A stretch of 63,871 bases of DNA, filler included, from Platydemus manokwari (Eukaryota), in assembly GCA_037951405.1 (NCBI GenBank). It is 6 parts of 6 records of this genome, joined end to end, with 100 filler letters (N's around TTAATTAATTAA, not from the genome) between each part and the next. Parts side by side here need not be neighbours in the genome. Positions count along the whole stretch, not along the records: positions 54,122 to 63,871 come from JBBMOY011209987.1; 5 more parts are not named here. One strand, written 5' to 3'. Positions 54,122-63,871 of this stretch are shown here, piece by piece; the first letter of the stretch is position 1; each line of letters opens with the position of its first letter. The position numbers and the translations under genes are program-made. The notes below the pieces were generated by a model. That model was not told the origin of the DNA and ran no database searches. It saw only the letters and a program-made list of their open reading frames with translations.

Positions 54122-57100
54122 ATGATTTGCTACAGCACACACACAAGTGTTTACATCTGGTGTCAAATTCCGGTTATTAAGTTATAGACCCAATAACATC
54201 TAATTTTATGTAGCACTTCATATTCTTTTTAATATTAAAACCTAAAATCTAAATAACATTGTTTTCTTCAAGTATTTTATTAATCGTGCCATTCTCGGAT
54301 ATCTATTGCGTCATCTAATATATTTTAAGAGTAATCAACAAATTCGTTTCAAAACAATCGGTTATCGTTGTTTGAAACTAATACGTAGATTGAACTTAGC
54401 TCAGCTAGAGTCTAATAAATAAATTAAATCTATAACTAACTAAAATTAGTGTCCTATTGTGGTTGCTGGGACATTATATCGAATCACTTTCAAGTTTATT
54501 CAAGCAATTAGGTCTCTTAATGTCACTGACACTAAAGTTATCCGCACTAACTAGTTCTATCTCAATAGAATTTGAAAACAAAAGAAATATAATTAAAAAA
54601 AAATAACAAGAACTTCATTCTGGTTACTTGTACTAAATTTTGAAATCTGATTATGATTTTATTTTTATTCTATTGAATTTTTGATCATTGGTATCTTTTA
54701 TTTTATAGTAACAGTAATATTTATGCCTTGTAAACAAGTACCGTCATAATAATAATATCTTATTCATACCCGTATTGTCTTTACCTGTTACAGTTATTAT
54801 CTACTTTTAAATTATTTTTAACCATCATTTTACATACACCAATTTTTATACAGATCTAATTTATCAATCATTTGATAATTAAGTATAGAAAATTACCATC
54901 ATTAGACAATTATCAGTAAGCACGCTAACTATGATAACACTTTGATAAAAAGTATACAGATTATGGATCATAATAATAACCATATCAACAGTCCTATACC
55001 AAATAACAATATAATGAAGTAGTGTCCCAAGTTAATTTTTGAATGATTGTATTAATTATGTGGTAAAATACTGGTGTGCGATTGTATATATTAATAACAA
55101 GGTATGTGATAACTGGAAAAAAAAAACTTGGAACTAACATGCCTACAAACCCATACCACGAAGATTCATTTATCCACCTGTGAATTTCCCTTACAGTGTT
55201 TATAGTCGTCACATCATACTTCAGAATATTCAAGCATCTCTTTAACATTAATGATTTTTCAATGTTTCGGCTTCATTCAATTGACTGTTCTCGCTATAAT
55301 AGTTCTAATTTTATTTTATTTTTACCAAATATATTTTCATCTTTCTTTCTTATTAATTAAAAGAATAAATTAAATAATATAAATATTCACATTAAGTTTA
55401 GATTTAAAACTTAATATGTGATTAATGTTTTACGATTTGTCTCCATATGAAATATTCACAGACAATTTTCATTCATATTCTAAATTTCTAAAATATCTAA
55501 GTTGAAAGTTTATACCAAAGGCATACTGGAACAATAAATATTGTTAAAATAAGCCTCTCAAAATTAATATTACATGCTAGTTGTTGGCTTTAATAGTTCA
55601 AGACGAATTATTTGATATCGTGCGAAATTTGTAATGATAATGATAATAATGAAAGTTTGACTTGAATCTTTGAATAGGAGCTGATAAGATTAAAGTGTTA
55701 ACACTTTTCTTTATCGAGAAAAGAAGATGTTGAAAAAATAGTCAATAAACTCTGTGGAAGCTGGATAACCACGCATCATGGAAATATTATAAATTATCTA
55801 GCTAAATAGTGTATATACGTGCTCGCTTAAATTTCAAGAATTATGGACCTACTTGCAATAGGATTTAAGTTGATTACCAAATAAAGAACAGACTAACAAA
55901 GATAATGGGACAAAACAAACAAAGAACAAACAAGGAAAAAATTTATTAGGAACAAACAGAAGTCAAATAATAAATAATCGCCGATTTTACCTTTATCTCA
56001 AAAACAAATAAAATCATACTTTGAATTCTTTAAAGAAAATAAACAAAATTAAAAGACGGAAAATTAAAGATCAATAATACTGTCGATGTTATAAACCGAA
56101 AAACAAAATTATCTTAACAATTTCAATTTATCAAGTTGAATGAATCGGTCTTTCGATAAATGCTGGGCATTAAATGGCATGATCGAATCGAATAAAACAC
56201 TAGAATAAAAATCGTGAATTTGTGTCTTCTAATAATGAGCTTGTCTCAACTCTAACAATTCAACAGTTATTTCGAGAAAATTGATGAGTCATTGACTCTG
56301 TTTACTTGGGTTTATATACTTCAGAATTTTCCTCGATTGTCAGAAAATATTCCATCAGATTATTAATGGAAATTTATTTTTCTTTTCTCAATCGGATATG
56401 ATGAATTATTTCCTTGCATTATATTTTTCAACAATTAAATTATTTTTGTCATATTTTTATTTTAATGACAAATTTTTAAGATTTTTGAAATCAAACTCGC
56501 AATTTCTTTATTCGGTGAATAGCGTATCAATAAATTTTGAGATTTTTCTTTCAATTTTTGATTTGACCAACTTTGTGATATTATTCATACTTTATTGATA
56601 ACAATCAAGCAAACTTGTTGCTATTTCCACATAGTTAAGGAATTGGGACTATACTCAAATTAGGAATAAATTTTTGAATCAACGTACACACCAAAACTAA
56701 ACCTTAAATCTTTCAAAATCATCTATAAAGTAAAATATCATATATAAATTTATTTTTAAATAATTTATTTAATTTATTATTCAAATCTATCAGTTATTCC
56801 ATTTTAATTAAATAATTAAGTATTGAAATAGTAATTAAAGGGATTAATTTTTACCCTTGTAAGCTCTTCAAAGAATTCTTTTTTTAAATTTTGGTATAAT
56901 TGGTTGAATATGGTACGAACATGCCTAGACAGCTATACAGCCACGACAACTAATCAATTAGAATCAACATAAAGTGAAGAATCCAATTAGGGAAACTAAA
57001 TTATTTCATAAGTACACATATATAAAGACTTACCAATCCCGCTCAAGGAATATCATTAAATACAACGGAAGCCTTGAAGAGTAAGTCATTAAAAAGTTTA

Positions 57101-58549
57101 GAGCACAAAGAAATTAAGTTCCAATCATGGTTGCCAGAACAGAGAAGATAGTTTTATGAAAAAAGATAAAAGAAAAAGTATAGAAATTTTGTTGCTATAT
57201 GATAAACGATAAGAGACAAGCGGAGACTTATAACGAATATAACGAATGTTGTGATTTAATTCCCAACAGAATCTGCTCATTTCAGATACACAGAAAGTAC
57301 TCTATGATAATAAAGATAACATTTAGACTATAATTGGTCTGGGCATGAAAATTTCTGAAAATTATCTAATATATTAAATAATCAATAAGATAAATTTAAT
57401 GAAAAATAGACTATATTAAAATAATCAAATCAATTTTAAAATTTCACAAGATAAAACAATAGTTAGCGTTAATCAATAGACCATGCAGTGTAAGAATTCA
57501 AGCGTGGTCAACTAATACTAGAGACACCACTATAGATAAAAAATGAAGGTGGGAGATAATATTAGTGAAAATCCTTAAAAATTGTAAATCAATCACACTA
57601 CTGTAGAAATAGCCGTGGTGTATAATAATAGTAAAAATAAAATTTACTCAACACAATGAAAAAAGAATAATTGACAATGGAAATAATGTTTCCTTCATCT
57701 AACTTTTTCAATTCGTAAGCATAATAACCGGTAATATTGGCATAATAACTTCACTCGCAAAATATGTTCATGGTAAAAGTGCATTTAAAAAATATTTTCG
57801 ATTAAATGCAAAATACTGAATTTTTTCTCTCTTTAAAGCTGTTTTTGTAGTTCATATATGTATTAGTTTTTCTTGCTTTGTTACCAATTTTAGTAACCCT
57901 AAAGGCGTCATGTTTAAATTTAGCCACATCCTACTGTGTTTACATACTTATGTTCATAAATTAACCTATTTTATTTTTAGCACAAGAGTACTTACTAAAA
58001 ACAGATATCGAGTTAGATTTCTTGAGATTTTAAATATTTTTTGGATGCCTTCAAACAAAAAGAATTTGTTTTGTTGAAAACATTTTTTTGTATGATGTAT
58101 ATTCTAAGATAATTTTTGTTTGTTTTCTTGAGGGGGTCCTCAATTTTCAACTTTTTTTAAAATACTTTTTATGTTTTTACATATTTATTGATGTTCAAAC
58201 TTACGTTTTCCTATTGTTATCCAAAATTTTTAAATTTTTATATAGTTGACTCTAAATTAATGTGTCATATATTACGGTTATGTTGGATTGCACATTATCC
58301 CCCCCTTCTCAAAATTTTCCGTCCTCGAAAAAAGGAATTAAATCCAAGATTTAAACAGATTACTGAGGATAAAATGCAATATATATCGTACAGATGTAAA
58401 CATATAAAAATAAAAGGGATAACATAGTCAAAGATGTCAGTGATACTAACCAAAAATCACAATAATAAAATTTTACAACTAAAATCAATTTTGTCAAACA
58501 GTTAAGATCAAATAATGGTAAGATCATCAGATAATGTTATTCGATAGTG

Positions 58550-61500
58550 TTATACGGCTGGCCCTCACTGGCCGAAGACTATTGACTACTGCAGCTCGTC
58601 GTCATCGTCTTCTTCTTCTTGTTTTTTGAGCTTCTTGGGTTCCAGATACAGATTTCGAAATTGCAGATTCATGGCCGTTGTATGCCACTATTTATTTACA
58701 TAAGTGACTATTTTGAATAAGTTTTGGCAAGTAGGGCTTGTATTTTTTAATTTGCTTATATGGTGCTTCAGCGTGGTGAAACCGAAACATGGTGAAACCG
58801 ATGAGTTCTATGAGTAGACGAGTTGGTCTTTTCGCTATTTGTGCTATGGCTTCTGCAGTGGCTTCTTCATCAATTTCACATTCAAATTTACTATTAGTGA
58901 TGGTTAGGTTTAACTTCATTTGGAGATGTGTTAGGTTCTTTAATTGATTCTACTAGTTTTGGGACAATCTCTGTCTCTACTGTTGTTGATTTTGCTAAGT
59001 TTTAAACAGTTGTTGGATCTTCAGGTGTCAAGTTACCTATTCATTTATCTTCAATTTGTAGATAAATGGCTCGCATTTCTTCGACACTGTGTGTGATTTT
59101 AAGTTCGCGTAGTTTTCCAAATGCATAGTTTGGTACCACATTTCGTTTAACTTTGATTAATTTTAGTTGGTTGGGTTGGACTAAGCGTTAATTTTCTAAA
59201 AATTTTGCTATTCCGATGCTCTAATACCGAGAAGGCACAGTGATGAGACTCTTATTGTTTCTAACATTTCAACAACTTTATAGTCAAATACAATGTATGG
59301 GTCTACTATTTTATCCACTTACTTTATGAATCTCATTAGCCCTTGCAATGGTTTGCATTCTTTTGGGGTGAATTCTTCTTAGATTTCAATAACATACCTT
59401 GATATCTCTCCTAGTCTATTATCGGCATTTATTCTCAATGATTCCTTTGTCATTCTGACAATACGTACAAGCATCAGTCCATTTTCACTATTGCAATGTA
59501 TGCACTGAGTGGCATACTGATTTGTTGTATAAACGCAACCTTTGGATCAGATAAGACTTCTACATCTTCTGATATAATTAGCACTGCAAAACAGACTTTG
59601 TGGAATTATTTCCTCGTTGGTTAAATATACTTGTTCTGTCCTATCCTTCTTTTCATCAGTGATTTTCAAAAGTGATCTTGCGGTACACTCATACATTATT
59701 CATTTTAATTGTTGCAATTCATCCTTTCATATTAAGTTGTCATGCAGGCGTGGTAGAGAGTCCTGGTACTGTTTAACTACATAAATTGATTTTTCAATTT
59801 AACGTTTCCATTTATGGTAAAGCATATTTATGACTTTAATAGTTATGTTAGTTTTCTCGATTACTGGTAGTCCTTACACTGAGAATACTGGCCTGCATTA
59901 TGGTGAAATTAACACCTGCGTCCAATAAAGCTAAAGTAGCATTTCTTTTAACTTGCATCTAGATCAATTTGTGAAATGAATTTTATTTATCAACTACACA
60001 ACGTCTTTCGGTATACCAGATTTAATTTTTTTACAAAATGTTGCCTCTGTTCATTCTTTTCCTAATATTTTTGGCTCCTCTATCAGATAAATTTTCGTCG
60101 TTGTAGTAGTATTTGCCTCTGCCTTGCATGATGTAGCCTTGTCTACTTGGTCCAATAACCTGTACATTTGTATTCCCTCGTAATTACTGTTCCTGAGTTC
60201 GGATAGATTTATAAACTATTCTTGTATCGTGGTTAAATCCAAATTTATCATCTGAGTTATATGGTGAGTTTTCCGTTTTACACCTTAGAAGAAAATATTC
60301 TTGAAATCATTTAGGTGGTATTCCATTACTGATTGATATTTTTGTGTCATAGGGCAAGTTGAATCTGGATTAGGTTATGATTTTCGCAAGTTGTACACAA
60401 TCCGTACAATAGTTTTAGTGATACTCTATAGGCTTGATACAAATAGAATGTAGCTATTAATAGATGAATAACTAAGTATTATTTTGATTGCAAAAATATC
60501 TGTGTCCTCAGATTTGATACATCACAATTTGGCTGTTATTTTTGAAATAAACAACTGTGAGTAAATAATCATAATTTGGTACTGTTATTCCTTGTCTTCA
60601 GAGGGATGGAATTCGATATTACCTTCAATAATGTTTAGATCTAAAATCTAGAGTGAATCTCTCTCCTAATCTCTTCTTATAGCTTTCCATCAAGTTTAGC
60701 TTTGCGAATCTTGTGATATTTTTCGGTTGTTCTTCCCATACTGTGTCTTTTTTATGTGCAACTTGCTGGCTTTAATAATTCTACTCCGCAGTACCTTTGT
60801 TTGGCTTGATAAAATAAAGAAGCAGCTATTGTGGATTGAACTACAAATCGGGTATTGTGCCATTTTAACTGTACGCCTATCAAAAGTTCCTTCAAACGGC
60901 CATAAATTTTATGTATAATCTTCTATTTCAATGACATATATGTCCTTCGTTTCTAGTTTTGCTTCGACGAACTCTTGTTCCGTCCACTTGAATTTTTCAG
61001 CCATTGGTAACTATTTTTACTAGGATTTTTCATACATTGGTTGTAATAGTTAACTAAATATCTACATGCAAGTTTCCATTTAGGAAAGCACTACCATATG
61101 CTTCAAGTGAAATGTTGGAATCAAAGCACGGAGGTTCGACCAAATAAAACTCAATAAGATTTCGTCACTTATGTACGAGAAAACACATTTTCTGGTATAC
61201 ATAATAGAATCCGAGTGGCCATCGTTGCACTTTATTTAATAGTAGGGTTTGACATTCCATTAAATCCACTATTGAGTAATCCTCTATTTAGTACTCTTAA
61301 ACCGTCGGTAGATTGATTTAGTAGATATTGGTCCCAAACGCCTTGTATTTAAATCGATGTGTTAAATACCTGATTTTCGACATTAGTCATATGTTTTATT
61401 GTTTCCTGAAATTCATTCTCGTTTGTCTGTGCGCAGTTAAAATTTTAATGACCAAAAGTACTGGAGCAACTTTCTTTCTGGTATCGGAATAGGGTCCCTT

Positions 61501-62250
61501 GTGATTTCATTTATTGTCTTTTCAGTTACCATACTGCTATGATCATTTAGGTTTTGTCTCAATAGTGGTAAATATCGTTTCATTTCATATATTAGCTCAT
61601 CACATCCCTGTGTATTGACCGTAGTTATACCATGATTATTTGGTTCCATCTCTTTGGCTATTAGAAAGAGACACTATTAAATTTCTTTTCTTGATTTGGA
61701 GTGTGTTTCGTCAGCAAAATTTAGTAATAATTTTTTTTCTACTCGTACTCGATTGATTAATCAGAGGTGGTTTTCGTGCTGTTTGTATTCGTTTTTTTCG
61801 ATGCATCAGATGCATTTTTAGTTCTTTATTTAATATTTCTTTAGTATCTTGTACCATAATATGTTGAGGTTCATTTCCCGTTAGATTGATTGTATACATA
61901 GGTAATTCTGTTATGTCATTATTCGACTCTACTTTCTCCTCAACTTTTACATCGGGAGTGTTTAATACATCACCTTCAATATCTGTATCTAATCGTCTCA
62001 TTAGTAGTCTGGTTGTATATAATGTTATCCTTCGAACAAAGTAGTGACATTCCTGTTTCTGATTCTTTGTCAGTTTGTAATTCTCTGAAAACCGTGATCA
62101 GTTTCCATTGATTCTACTACACAGGTACCGGAATGACCTTCACAACATTCAACATCACAACATCATCATTACCTGAATTTTCTTGAATAGTGAGATCGGA
62201 CGGCTCTTCGAGCGCTTTCTCCACTTTTATGTCTTATCTGACCTTCTTTA
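58550..62250 (-). mobile_element. Decayed Ty3/Gypsy-like sequence (one permuted element or two adjacent ones)
   Basis: Pre-RT TINEITRDPIPIPERKL (about 61.5 kb). RT remnants HIDL, GMSNP, LVNYY and FKWTE (61.35-60.98 kb). YCTDC (about 60.4 kb). Protease MQVKRNATLALLDAGVNFTIM (about 59.93 kb). Post-protease block NGLMLVRIVRMTKESLRINADNRLGEI (about 59.45 kb). No paired LTRs seen. Confidence 0.65.
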
Positions 62251-62494
62251 CTTTTGTATAAACTGAGTAATATTTTATCTAACTCTCACTGTTTATATTC
62301 TGCATATGTATTGTCACTGAAAACTGTACGTGTGAATCATCGCATGATTTAGAGATGACCCAAATGACGAATGAGATAGTAAAATATCATTGTGATCGAT
62401 ATCAATAACTTCAATAAATTTCATTATAGTTTTGTAATAAATGATAAAATACTACCTATATTAGGATGTAGTGTATCATTCAATATATTAAAGG

Positions 62495-63320
62495 TAGTAA
62501 AGTACAAGCTCACGTGAAGCAATTACTTCATTAACAAAATCAAGCTGAAAACTTCTATCTTCATTCATCGATAGTAAATGGTGGTGTCGAACTTACTGAA
62601 TTGATTGATGAATACCACAATCAATGCATAGTTCAAGCATTTCGTCTTTTAAATTCTGAAACCATGACACACTTACTACATTGTTGCAACCCGAACAAAA
62701 ACTACAAACTGCTCGACATGATGCATGCCTGAACAAAATTGTTGACTGTCTTCGATCAAAAAATATTATTGTAGTAGTAAACCGAATGTGCTCAATGTTA
62801 CCGGATAGAAAAGAGCACATCGATTTATTGGTTACTGATGTAGAGCGATAAAAAATCTTTCTTGTAGACATGAAATGTCCGATCGACACAATACAAAACT
62901 TCGAGGAGTCAAACAAAAATAATATAATTCATTATACCGATTTTAGAAATGAGTTTGTCAAAATGAAACCAGATTTCAATATTGAGCTTTTCACCTGCAT
63001 TATGGGCTCACTCGGTACAGTTCCAGCCTCATCAGAAGCAATTTTGGCGAAAATTGGCGTGCCGAAGAATAAAATCCAAAATCTGGTCAAAGAATGCGCA
63101 ATCTCAAATATTGAACATTCGGCAAAAATCTGGAATTTTCACTCAACCGGTGTTTTGATAGATTTTATCTAACACAAAAAACAATCACCAATTTATACGC
63201 AACAGGGAGCCGAAATGAATGAAAGAAAAAGCGAAATTGCCTTCACGAATCAAAGTTTTCAGACCCAACCAGGTCACAATCAATCCAATGAGCCCAACAA
63301 ATTTGTATTTCAATAAATCT
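62495..63320 (+). mobile_element. RLE-type non-LTR retrotransposon fragment with internal deletion
   Basis: FYLHSSIVNGGVELTELIDEY...QAFRLLNS (RT thumb region) fused to ETMTHLLHCC...ARHD...IDLLV...LVDMKCPID...MGSLG. ORF stops at 63172; AATAAA near 63312. Confidence 0.88.
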
Positions 63321-63353
63321 TGTAACACGAAATTGAAGAAATGAGAAGAAACT

Positions 63354-63871
63354 TTGAAATTAATAAGGGACGAAAGTATTTCAATCCTGGAATGGCAAAT
63401 GTTTATAAAACTCATAAGATTCATAAAAATATCTCAACCATTCAAAAATTTAATTTCACATATTACGGAAGAATCTGATGAAATTTTAGAATTATTAAAT
63501 AAGTATTCCAATATTAAATATCAAATAGTTATAAATGTTCTTTTAATAAATATAATTGAACAAAAGTTTATCAAAGGTGGGAAAAATTTGAAAACAATAT
63601 ATGGCAATTAATTTATTTGCCAATCAAGGATTAAAAGTTGAAGAAAAACCAATTGATGAAGACAGATTATTACTAGAAGTTAATAGTGACTTTACTCAAC
63701 AATTAGATGATGGGACGAAAATATTTGAATTAAGAGATATAAAAATAAATATTGCAAAAATAAATGCATTAGCAGATAATAGTTATTTACCTTTATTTTT
63801 TAGAAGAAATCATCTAATAAATTATAAAAAATATGATAATTACTGTTTTCTATATTTTATATTAGCTCATT
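63354..63871 (+). mobile_element. N-terminal region of a Polinton/Maverick-type polB, disrupted and cut by the window end
   Basis: IKINIAKINALADNSYLPL...LINYKKYDNYCFLYFILAH matches the recalled Polinton polB block I.I.K..PL.GSSYI.LP...INI.N.DN.CF.W.ILA. Upstream ILELLNKYSNIKYQIVINV lies in a separate ORF. Confidence 0.7.

Noticed and set aside
54994-55248. ORF weakly like an RTE-type APE start (LKYDV...GFVGMLV)
   Set aside because: Catalytic motifs are absent; cannot be distinguished from chance.
1-63871. tRNA, rRNA, hammerhead ribozymes, CRISPR arrays
   Set aside because: The GTTCGA and CTGATGA hits I checked by eye lack the required flanking structure. An Infernal or tRNAscan-SE run would be decisive.

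Overview
Very AT-rich eukaryotic, probably metazoan, genomic DNA. It is six contigs joined by an artificial 100-bp linker (44 N + TTAATTAATTAA + 44 N), so gene order across the linkers cannot be trusted. Manual splicing gives four recognisable intron-containing genes: the 3' part of PDXDC1 (-), CAAP1 (-), a very divergent cyclin G/I-like gene (+) and a compact ataxin-2 (-). There is also one uninterrupted 924-aa ORF with no domain I recognise. The rest is mostly decayed mobile DNA: Ty3/Gypsy pieces, three restriction-like-endonuclease (RLE) non-LTR 3' ends, APE-type LINE relics, a Merlin transposon with a deletion derivative, pogo-like and hAT MITEs, and the start of a Polinton/Maverick-type polB at the right edge. 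I found no tRNA, rRNA or CRISPR. I cannot demonstrate a new biological system. The best leads are the 924-aa orphan, a cyclin lacking its CDK-contact residues, and a Gypsy-like relic whose protease lies downstream of its RT. All family assignments come from motif recall, not database searches.
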